The notes below the pieces were generated by a model. It was given only the letters and a program-made list of their open reading frames with translations. It ran no database searches and was not told the DNA's origin. A stretch of 64,000 bases of DNA from Tubiluchus corallicola (Eukaryota > Animalia > Priapulida): the NCBI GenBank assembly GCA_030141605.1, contig JAQGDQ010000099.1:389194-453193 (forward strand). Reading direction: 5' to 3'. Below are positions 1 to 12,500 of this stretch, piece after piece; position 1 is the first letter of the stretch; every line of letters begins with the position of its first letter. Made by a program: the position numbers and the translations under genes.

Positions 1-583
1 CAGACATTTTGTTAGACAACACAGCCAGAGCTTATTGCCCATATGCACCTTCTTCTAACCACTTAACATTCATCGTTTGTGTTTCTTAACAATTTTTGGT
101 CTAGCGCAGTGGCCTAGCCACTTGCTTTTGGGATTGCTTATATGGCAAGCATTTCTAGGCTGTAACTGGTCTGCACATTTTTACCACTAGGTCACACTTG
201 GTAGATGGTCGGGCTTTTGAAACCTTTGAAGAAGTCATTTTAATGCTTTCTGTTTTTGCAGTTTACACTTTGAACCTTTAGTCAAGCGTCCAAATGAAAT
301 CTGCCCCATTAAAAACAGAAAATAGTTTTAGTATTAAATGGCTTCTTTTGCTATAAATCTGAAAAAACATCACGACGTTTACAACAAAGTTGCCCACTTA
401 ACAAAATTCTGTCTTCCACCATTACGTGCAAAAAAAGATTAACTTTTGTTTGTGTTAGGTTGACTTTTGGTGGGGCGAAAGAGGAAATGTAAAAAAGTTA
501 TAATGTCGTAACTGACATGTTGCCAATGTGTATTTAATATGAAAGTTTACTGAGCAATTGTTATCACATTTTTTGTTTTTCAG

Positions 584-3500
584 TATGTGGGGTGCTTAGA
601 GGTGAAAATGTCAATGAAGAGCCTGGATTTTGAGACTCGGACACAAGTCGCGAAGTAAGTGTACACTTTTAGTAACATTGATAGTTCACTGGGACTGGTG
701 CCGTGTGCCAGTTACGACACTGGGACACAGTGCACATTAACAGCTCACCAAGACTGGTACCTTATGCCAGTTACCGTACTGGGACATAGTGTACATTGAT
801 AGGTTTGTTACTGTTTTTGATTCGTGCAATCACTGTTATTTGAACTGATTGTATTTTAACTCATTGATGGTATGTGGTAGGATGTATTTTTATAATTAAA
901 TGTGGAGTATTTGAATGTGGTTGTGGTTGTAGAGCATGCCGGAATATTACACTGGTCAAGGTCCTGCAGACAAGGGCTTGAAAGTGACCAAATGATTGTT
1001 GTGTGATACTCTCTGTAAGGGGAGTGTCTTGAAATCCTAATCAACGACCATTTATCAATGGTCCAGCAATAATGCAAAAACGAGGTGGAGCATACGAGCT
1101 TGAGAAATGTAGGAGTAACCCTTTCTGGTGTGAGGAAGGCTGCTTTTTTTCACTGAAAAGAGTTGCTCAGACATTTTTTTCATTTTATTGCCGCATCTGG
1201 GTAATTTTACTGACGAGACATTCTCAATTGTTTCTGTATAAGGCTTTGTGTGTTTGATATATTTGATGATGATGATGATTGAGATGTAAAATTCTAAGTA
1301 TTAGCTCACTAATGGCTTTGTTTTACTAATCAGAACTGCTTCATCAAATTGCGTTTAGTTGAAGTTATTCTGCTACATTTGTGCTTCATTTCGTTTTGCT
1401 AAGTTGAATTGAATTAAAGTGAATGTCTTAAATGGTGGAAAGAGGAAACATTAAGCTAATAAAGCTAATCTGAATCTGAAAGTCAGGTAATCACTGTCTA
1501 TAGTCAGTCTATATACAACACTGTTTTTATAAGTTAGTCACTCACTCAGTCAATCAGTAGCTAGTAAAAGTAAACAGTGTAGCTAAAAACCAGGAATGTA
1601 AATTGCTGTTAACCAAGAGAATTCGAAAAAGTAACAAATTTTCAACTTTTACCATATGAACAATAATTATTCATTCAGACTATTACACAAAACATCTTTC
1701 AATAATAAATTATGGTGAAGCCTTTTGGCAAAACGAAGAAGCCGTTGAAGAGGTCAGTGGGGTAACTTCCTGTCAGCCTTTCTGAGCTGCAAAGATGTTG
1801 CACACGTGTTGCCGCTGGCAGGAAGTCGTGTGTAAATCATCGTGTTCACGCGCCAAAAATAGTTACTTGCAGAAACCAACGCTTGTCAGTTTCATGGGGC
1901 AGACTCATGCGCAGGGATGCGGCGCCACGAAAACCCAGCGCCGTGGCGGAGCTAGGAACAAGCTGTAATTGCCCTGTTTATGAAATCACGCACTGCTTAG
2001 TGCTAGTTTCAAGCTAATGTCACTTGTTGTTATATACGGGGGCGGTTCTTGGGTATACCACGCCCTAGTTATGCCCCCTTGGGAAGCCAAGTTGAGACGT
2101 CAGGTTGCAATGAAGGCCAAAGCACTTCCTGCATTTGCAGTTCACCTAACAGATTATGGTAACCTTGAATGCCTATCAGGCTCTGAAAGCTATTAAATCA
2201 AACCAGCGTTATTTCTTCAGCCAGCCAACGTGTACATAACCCAGTTAGTGTTATAATATGCCCGCTCTGCTTATATCGGCGTTATAGATACTTGAAGAAC
2301 TGTGCCAGTTCTAAACTTCACTCGCTTGACTTTTTCCACATTGACTTGCAGTTGCTTGCATGCGTCATAGATACGGCAAAAGCTGTATTAATTAGGACTC
2401 TCTATGGTGTGGTTAAACTTGATGGTATCAGACATTTTCACTATACTATATTATTCGAGGGTTAGGAAATGATAGCCCCTCCCATACTTTCACAAGTAGA
2501 TTTAAAAGTATTTTTAATACTTTAATCATTGTAATATTTTTCTTTAACCTGTTTTAAATTCTTTCCACTTCTTAAAAAAAATCAAAGAATGTTTTTGAAA
2601 AAATGAGTCATGACATCCACTCCCATTGAGAAACCAACACGAATCGCACCTCTGACCATTTCTAGGGGGCATTTATGGCAGTACTGCGTATTAAAGTAAA
2701 TGTTCCTTACTCAGATTTAAATGCTATTTCTCATTGTGGTGTCGGTTTTTTATCCAGTTTTCTCAGCTTTCTCTATACAGGGGGGAGGCGGTCATTTCCT
2801 GATGCCCATACACGAAGAGATGCAGCAAAAGTTTTGTAATTTTGCTACATATTAGATACAGACAGAGCGGCGTTCTTCACTATGATTGTAAAGGACTGTA
2901 TCAGTTTTCCTTATTTAGAGCGCTAGAAGAACTAATGCAAGTATTAGATAATATCTACTCCACCGTAATGTTAGAAACACCAGAAGAGTTATGTCAGTAG
3001 CATGCATTGAATAGTACTCTATTCTAGGTTTTACGGCACAAGAAGCTCTTTTTGAACTAGGCTTTTGATTTTACTATGATGTTATTGTAAGGCATGTAAG
3101 AGCTGACGTGTTAGTATTGCTGGACCACTTTTTTGTGATATTGGGCTTTGTGGTTTCCTTTGTAATAGCAATGTCTACACTGTAGACGTTGTAGAAAAAT
3201 GTAGAAAAATCGTTATTGAAACACACTTATTCATTGTAAGACTTCACTGCTATGCGTCAACACCAATGTCACCGTCTCCCCACGTCCTCATTACCGTCAT
3301 TACAGGATTTTGAAGGAATCAAGCTGATTTTTTTCAGGGTCAAGCAAAAACTTGACACAAAGTCAGGAAACTTGTATCAATGTGCAGACGACTTGCTTAC
3401 CGTTGTATTGGTAACGAGTTTCCGGTTCTACTTGGGAGTACATGTTTGATGCTGTGTTATTGTTATTATGTTGGGGTTAGATACTGTTTGCTAGTTTAAG

Positions 3501-6500
3501 CAGTGTTTGGTAGTGGCTTCATGTTAGTGGTTTCAATCTAGTTGTGGCGTAACAGTAAGCAGCTTGTTGATCAGCGGAAGCGCACACTTCCGGTGTTGAC
3601 AGTTCCCTTTCCCGCACCCCAGTGAGCGAGGGCGGATTCAGGTTCAGTTGCCTGTTCTACACAATAGTAAGGGCAGAGTCAGACCATTACCCCCACACCC
3701 AAATGAACGAGGGGCGGATGCATATCAGTTCCCTTGTAAGTTCTACACCCTAGTAAGCTGAGGCATATCCATACATGGACTTCAGTACAGTGGTTGTGAG
3801 GGCAGATCCAAGCCAGTTGTGAGCAAAGACTGGTCTAGACCATATGCACCAGCTAGCCAATTTCTCCTTGTCTCACCTTGGTGTGGGGCGGATCCAAAAC
3901 ATTATCTATAAAGATAGCCTGATAGAATGGGGCGAATCGAGACAGTATTGTTTACTGTCCCACGTGCAGTCATTTTAAAGGTCACCTCAAGGAGATAACA
4001 CCTATGATCGCTCAGTATTATGAGGTTTACACTTTACATGCTGTTTCTATATGTCATTCGTCTGATTGCTGCTGTTGTTGCTTTTGATTCAGTTTTGATT
4101 TATTTGTGTATACTAGTAGTGTTAGTGATTGTTACTAGCATTTGCCAATTTGCCATCCCCTCGTGTGTGTGAATCCACTTTAAGTTTCCCCGTTCTTTTA
4201 GCTGCAGCGCACCCGCAGGGAAGACTCTCTTTCCCTGTGTTTATTCATTCTATATAGGACCGAAGGAGGTGCACTTTAAGCACACGAGTATATCATCATC
4301 TAGCGCATTTAACATATGATATTAATTAGCGTCACACTCCAGATATTCTGGCGCCTATCCGGTTGATTGCAGCGCGCATCGAGCGTGGGCGGCGGCAATC
4401 ATGGCGCAAAAACAACACGAGTAATTCTATCTGTTCAGCTATGTATGTTAACTGCGTGTGCTTCAACGGTGATATATGATTTTTATTTGCAAGGTTTGGT
4501 TTTATACCATGGTTGGTGGGGGAGTGTTTCCACCCACACTCTTTATATGGGTTCCACCCACCCACACCCTACAACAATCTTTACATGGATCAAGGTGTTG
4601 CCAACAGTTGATAGTCGCTGCTTCCACGTGACATTTTTCTCTGCATATTCAGAGATCTGCAAAAAAAAATAATTTTTAATTTACAAATAGCTTCTGTTAT
4701 TAAAATTAAATCCAATAGACAGAGAAAAAGAAAAATTATGGTTACTGTTTCTCGGTCGATATGATGAACCGAGTGGTTACTGTATGTGTTTAACAATGGA
4801 AGTTAACCAATGCTGGATCTGATCAGTGAATGAGTGGGTGTTCGCCGAATTCAGTGCTCGTTCGGAAACAGTTGTCCTATTCAAATTGGTGAAAAATAGT
4901 GCCCTTATCAGCAAAACTGGACAAAATTTAATGAACTACATGTCTTGACATATTGTAAGGCATAGCCCTAAAAGCCACCAATGCAGTTTAATCTTATAAC
5001 ATGCTAACGAAATATTGGTACTACTGTTGAATCCATATTAAATATAGAAAGTTTTTTAAGGTGGTTCTAACTCATAAACAACCCTGTAATTAACTCATAG
5101 AACAAACCTTTCTTTGAAGCACATTTCATTAGTTTATGAGAAGCCTCAAAGTCTCCAGAATCCTATTGGTCATCAAATTTCTAGTGATTTTTCATCCACT
5201 TAACCTGCAGATTCTAGTGCTCAATTTTGTTCCAGTCAAAACTGATGTTCTCAATAAAATTTAAATTGTAGGAAGAAAAAAAAAGAGTTAGCATACCACA
5301 AACAGATACTGGGATCATTGATTGTACATATAATGCATCGTTGGCTAGTGTATTGATTGAATTATTTGAATGCTAATATAATTATGTACATCATGTGCAC
5401 ATACACTGCTGCCGATGCCTATGTTATAAAGTTTCATAGATGATACTTAGAAAAGAATGAAGTTCTCTTTTTATTTCATTATTATCACTGTAAATAATAT
5501 TTATGTTCTTGGATTTATTTCCACTTTTTTGCAGCAACATAAATGATTTTCATGCTGTTGGTTACTTTTTCAGTTCTCAAATATAGCTTAGTGTTAGGAA
5601 ACTATTTGACATTTTAAGAGAGATAGGATGATTTTTCATATACTATCCCATTTTCAAGTCCGACAAAAAGTATTCATTTTAACTCAGTTAATACTGCAAA
5701 AGTGTTTGTGATAATTAAATAATAGATTAAAAACTTAATTAACGGCAGGCGAGCCCAACTATTGATGACATAACAAACTAACATAATTTTCAACAACAAT
5801 AATTTTCCACGAGCGTGTGACACGTGTTTGCGAAAGCGGAAATTGAAGTGCAGTGCTTCTGTAAGACATTCTACGTGTACTACTAAAACTAGGCAAGTTT
5901 TAAGGTAAAAATTCAAATTTCAAATTTACAGCTGTGCTCACACATGAGCTGTCGAATGTGTGTAGTTCCTCACAAACTAACACAATTGAACTGAGAGGTG
6001 CAGCACCTGTTTTTTGTGCAATGCATTTCCGAAATACAGGCACTAGTGCCCGTCTACTGACGAATGGTGAAATGCATGTAATGGTGAAGAACTAGTTGCG
6101 CGAATGTGAAATTGTGTTTGTGTGGTAATAATTGTTTCACGTAAGTCATTTTTGAAAAAAATGGTATGCTTCCTTTTAATATTTTAAAGAGTAGCTTTTT
6201 TAACCTGCAGTTTAAGATTTGGCCCGGTTTTGCTTTAAGGATATTAATGATCAAGGAACATACAATCAAACCACCATGCACAGGTGAGTCAATGAACATA
6301 GTTCAGATTTAAAATCTAATGTGTCTACACAGCCACAGCGGCCAAGTTAAACCAAGACCGGGCCCAATCTTAAAATGCAGGTCAAAACAATCTACTCTTT
6401 AAAATATTAAAATATAAACAAACAATTTTTTTTCAAAAACGACTTACTTGATAGAATTATTACCAAAGCCATTACAAATTACAAATTATTACCAACCTAT

Positions 6501-9500
6501 TCCATTGAATTATGGAATAGGTTGTCAAGATTATTTTAGATATTTTATGTTATTTTAGCTGTTTCTACATTTTTATTTCTTTGTTTCAGGGAATCAATAA
6601 CACGAGTTTGCGAAGCCGCTGGTTTGAAGTGTCCCGACAGAAAACGAAAGGTGGGTCAATTTTTTGGACATCATGTATTTTTTTCTGTTTTGCTGAGTAA
6701 CTATCAAAAATTTGATAGTTAATACTGGGCACTGATTTATTAGCCATATTTAAATAGAGAGTCAATCCCTAATTGTGAGGTTAAAGTGTTAAGCTGTTTG
6801 GTTGCCTGTAACAGAGGCAAATAATGTGTAAAAAAATAGCATTTCCTGATCAAAAACGTAATAAAATTGCCTGATTGCTGCACCTTTTTAGTTTAGTTTG
6901 ACCCTTTTCTTGGCTAGGCTACAATAATTGTTCTAATAACAGACTACATACTGTTTTTTATCAAGTACTTCATGTATACTTGCTATTTATTATCGGTTTT
7001 TTGTAATATTCTTTAAATTGTTTTTGCGGGCAAGGACAAAGTTTTCATAATTTTATTAGAATTGTGTTACCACATTTGTGAACCATAAATATGTTTACTG
7101 GGCATGGTACCTATATACAGAATAATATTTATCTAAAGAAATTGAAATAAATAATAAGGTATTAATAATGTTCATATATTAATATTAATATATGAACATT
7201 TACTATTAACTGAGAAACTTTCTTTATCTACTGTAAGACTGTTTAAACATGATATTGACATTTAAATAAAAATTTTGGACAAGCCTGCAACTGTCATTAG
7301 ACTTTCAAGTTAGAAACCAGAATTAAAAAAAAGGAAAAGCGACATACAGTTTTGAACCTGGGACCTTCACACTATTTGAATCAGTGTTCTAGTCTCATCA
7401 TCTTTATCTGATTACAGGTTGAGAAACGTATCAGCAAAATGCTCGGCGATAGGCCGAACATGAGACATGCCGGTTCAAATATCAATTTCACGGTCAGCAC
7501 TGACAACCTGAGTCTCGTCATCATGGAGTCTGGAGAGGTAGGTAGCAGAAAACAATGTGTTGCCATGGTTAGGGGTATTTGTTGTCAAGATAATGTTTGA
7601 ACAGGTTATTGTACTATGCTATAAATATAGCTAATAGCTTTTACGAAATTTGATAATGATCATGGTAATCAGGACAGTGTTAGAAAAGAAATGCAAAATA
7701 GTTAGAATGCAGCTTAGATTTGAACTAGGGACCTTCAGCTTACATTGCAGATACCTTAAAACACTAGACTACTATAGTCAAGGTAGTAAGTTCATCCCTT
7801 GTAGTTTCTAACCAAATTATCTATAATTTTTACACTTATCTATCTGTTACATGTACAATGAAAAATTAATTTGCTTGAACTGTAAAATTAATTATTTTTT
7901 TACAGATCATAGCCACGCATCAGATGCAGGGAATCTCATTTGCTTCTGGTGGTGACCCTGTAAGTGTTTTATTTACTTGTTTTTTTAGTTCTTCTTAAAA
8001 AGTGTTTGTTTGTGGTTTTTGTTTTGTAGTGGTTCTCCACACACTGAGGTATGTTTTCTATGTATCTTCTTAGCGAAAAGTATTTTGATTGTGCATACAT
8101 ATGTTTCATTGGCTTGTTGTTTGGATGGTTAGTTGGTAGGCTTCTCTGAGATGTAAAAATCCACTGGACTCGATGCAAAATCTTTTGCCTAGCAGAATTC
8201 GTAAAGGAAGAGAGTTATTCTAAGTCTGGGGTCTCCAAAATCAGTGATATTGACCCTTGGGGGACTATCCAAGGGGATAGATGGATGCCTGGGGGTCGAT
8301 AAACACCGGGGCGACAGAGGAACAGACTGAACCTAGAAAAGCATGGTTACTTACACCTAAAACTCACCAATCTCTAACCAAATGTCAATGCCCTTGCTGA
8401 TGCCCTTCATACACATCCTTCCTATTAATGATGTAAACCCATTAATTTAATAAAAAGTTATGCTGATTATTTTAATGTATTAAAAGGGGAGGAATATTGA
8501 AATTTTTTAAAGCTGTGCTTATTTTCAAGAAAGACTATCAATAGATTTGATTTCTAAAATGATTTTCAAAGTGAACATCTGACTTATATATACAGTATAC
8601 GTTATGTGTCACGTCACATTACAAGTGCCACCTAGGCTAGCAGCAGTTGAATTGTGTCTCACTATTTTAATATCCCTTTGCCTCGCAGCTTTTTATTGAC
8701 TGTAAAGTGTTACACACTGTCCTTTATTATTTCAAAATTAATATAATTTTTCGTCAGTAGTGAAGAAAATTTGTTAGTGCACAATTACTGAACACAAGTT
8801 TTTTTATCACCCTGTATTGCTCTATTCATCGTAATGCCAGCTTTTCTTAGTCGTTTTCTTTTACAGACATTTCACATATAATGCCACTTAATTAAAGTCA
8901 CGGAAGACACAGATTAAAGTAAACAGTAACGAGACTTACAACCGCGTTACACAGACTGTATTGAAAAAAGTACATAAATTTTATCAGAGCAGGTCCCTTG
9001 CTTGAGGATGGTCCCTACCACATGTTAAATAGCTGCAATCTTGGCTTCATAATCTCCGGCTTCAATATTTTTGATGTAACCTTTTCAGTGAAGATATCAA
9101 ATGATGTCGCTTGCGGTTTTTTTACGCTTATGCTTATTAGCCAGATTCACACGCAAGCGATGTTGACTCACTGCTATTCAAGTGGAGCGGAAATGTACGA
9201 ATGACACAATTTATTATATTTCAAAATACGATTGAGTTGCTGCTAGTTGTAATTGTAATTCGAGGATCGTAATCATTCGGTCGTGCAATTCGTGATATGC
9301 TTGATTATTTTGTTTGTATTAAACATGTACTGGTTACCAGTTAAATTTACATCTTTACTTTTGCTGTTCTTTGACTCCATTTTAATAGTTGTTTTGCAGT
9401 TGCACTGTAATACAAAGTAAGGTAAGGTAAGGTATGGTAAGGTAAGGTGAGATAAGGTAAAGTACAGTAAGGTAGGTAAGGTAACGTAAGGTAAAATAAG

Positions 9501-12500
9501 TTAGATAAGATAAAATTTATTCTGCCTTGCGATATTTGTGCATACCTAATTTAATTTGGCTCAACCACTACTATAAACATATGAAACAGCAACATGTGAA
9601 TATGAACAAACATAATCAGGAAATGAATGAAACAGTCACTTATCACTTGCGTGTATTAAAACTACACCTGTAACAACAGGGTGATTTTGATTATCTTTCT
9701 ATATACTTATGTTTGAAAAATTTAACAGGCAGCAAAGCAAAACAGCAACTGGTGGCTATCACAGGGCCCTCGGCAATGCGATACATCAAATGTTCATTTG
9801 TATCTAGTCATTTGATTCTCTAGTTTCAATACAGTTCATCGAATTAATCTTGTTATCTTTGTATCCGTTTCATATTAAGTAAAATGAGATGCTCTTGTCT
9901 TCCCAAAACTGTTTTAAATGCCATTTCGTTTTAGATTTTAGGTGCTTTTGTGCAAAATCAAGCAATTATGTAAATGTGTATGAAAATAAAAAAATGTTCA
10001 TTCTGTGTGCAAACATGACATTTTGTTGTTAGGAAAATATGTTTTTGTAGTGCGAACACTAAAATTTTTATTGTAGTATCAGTGTGAATGCAGTGATCTG
10101 CAAAAATAATTGTATTCTTGGACCCTAAAGAGAAGAAAAACATCTATTTTTATCATCTACTTAACGGTGTCCTTTATTTAGATTATGACTGTGAATGCCA
10201 GGATGTACATATGCATCAGAATTGTTTAAAAGTTAGAAAATATGTAATTCCGTGTACGCTATAAGAGAAAATAACATAAAAAGTAATGTCATAGGACCTT
10301 TAATAAACCATTGAGATTTATTTTGCAGCTGAAATTTGTGGACTAGTCGTGATTTGAATTAGTCCCAAGTCTGGGGTTCAAATCCTGACTAGTACAAAAT
10401 TTTCTGCGGCTCCTTCCTTTCAACTCGTTACCCACAATGTCTAATAATTGTTGTGAAATAAATCGCAATGGTTTATGTACATCCTGACATTCACAGTCAT
10501 AATCTAATTAATAGCATCTATTTGTACCTAATTTTTATGTATGCCAAATTTCAATGCATCATTGTTTATTAGTGAAATATGATAACATCCGTCACTTAGG
10601 ATTTGAATTTTTTTAGGAAACTTTAGACTTCGTTGCATATGTTGCAAAGGATGCGTCGGGACGCGCGTGCTACGTCTTAGAATGTGGGGGCGGATTAGCG
10701 CAAGATGTCATTACGACGATAGGACAGGCATTCGAGCTGAGATTCAAGGAATATCTGAAAAAAGCACCAAAACCGGTGACCGTACCAAACAGGTATTCAT
10801 CTCGTGTCGCTTGGAATTGTGGGAATTGCATTTGATTGATCACTCGTTAATTTTCCTGATGAAGAATGGCAGCCATTATGCCAGTTGCTCTAATAAGAAT
10901 GGCAACCATTATACAGGTTGTTCTGATAATAATAACAGCCATTATATAGGTTGTTCTAATAAAAGTCCATTATATTTAGCGTTTGTTTTTATAAAAAACA
11001 GAAACTTGACATTTGACCCAATTTTTAACTTTTAACTCGTGGACGGTTTTGGTTTGCAAGCACTCATTTTATGTGAAATGTGGCATTTTTCCTAATAAGA
11101 ATAATAATTTTGAAGATTATGTTATAGACTGCACAGATGTCTCTCCAAATACATCCATTCTAGTAATTTATCTGTGAGATTCCCAATACTGCAAAGTTTG
11201 CAAGCTTTCCAGTATGTGGTTTCTGTTTTCATTTTTCATAAAATTGTTACTCTCGCTAGGATCGAGGAACCGTTGCCGGAACGGTCAGCTTGGGGTGATG
11301 ATCCGGAGTACTACAATGACATGCCAGGAAAGGAGCCACCCCCTCACCCACCTCTTCCCACCAGGACCCACCTGCAGTCTCATGTAAGTTGTTCAGAGGA
11401 GTATGGAGTTTGTACAGGGTGTTTCAAAAGTTCCTCACTTTTAAAAAATATTAAAACAAGCAATTAGACAATTTAGTTGATTAATCTACAGTTTGTGAGA
11501 ACTTAGCTTCATAAATCTACTGCAACAATTTTAATTTAAACCTATGCACCATACTTTTTTCTGTACATAGACGTAAAGTGCTTTCATACTCTGCTCTAGA
11601 GTCAGCAAAAGTAAAGTAGCAGTTGTAGCAGAAGAATGTAAAGTAGAAGAATTACGTAGTTCAAGTATGATGAATTATAATAATTAAAACAACAAAGATT
11701 GAATTTCAATTTAAAATGATTTACTATAAGAATTAATCACTATCAGTTCTGACATCTTTTTTCAGAATAAGACCTAACATTTCCTGATAGAGTCTCCTAG
11801 CCATTTAGAATTTTGTTGATTCTTCTGTTTGTCACTGAACCACAACCATCATTTCTTTTATCAAATGGTGTATAACAAGCATTTGAAACAAGAATTGTTT
11901 TAAATTTACAAAAAACAGGAAAAATTTTACTGATAACTTACGGGGCATTGGTGTGAATGTTCACACGAATCGATTCGGGGATTTGTATCAAAATTCTGGC
12001 CCTGATGAAGTGAATGTCATTGGTTAATTAGCTGCAAAGAAAACTGAAAATCAATTTATAGAGGGACTTTTGACATGCCCAGTATATCCTATGTAAACTC
12101 ATTTTATCTTGAATAAAAATACAGTTGCCCTTTCCTTAACATAGAAATTCTTTTCTAAGAAGGAATGCATATGGCAGTTAAAGTAGTCATCATAAACTCT
12201 AAAAAGTATGCCAATAATGAATTAATGCATGCTTGAGTCAAGGGAAAGGCATCTATGCAATTTTGTTTTTGCCTCTGTGCTGAAAGTGAATACACTACCG
12301 AAAGATAGCACCTCTGTACATGTATCTGACTGCATCTGGTTGTCAGTAATTTACAGGTAGTGGTCGACTTGCCTGCCTATGCGATTTTACGACCTTACCG
12401 CAACTTAATTAATTAATTATACAAAACCAATTACAACTCTTATTAACTTTAAATCGCTATCTGTTTCGATAAATTAATTGTAGGCACCGCCTACTCGTGC

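Noticed and set aside
3600-3950. CRISPR-like repeat/spacer appearance
   Set aside because: Eukaryotic intron, repeats too degenerate, spacers partly homologous, and no cas genes.
10667-11035. 122-aa ORF with NGxHY repeats
   Set aside because: Out-of-frame overlap of an Shc exon plus the 33-bp minisatellite.
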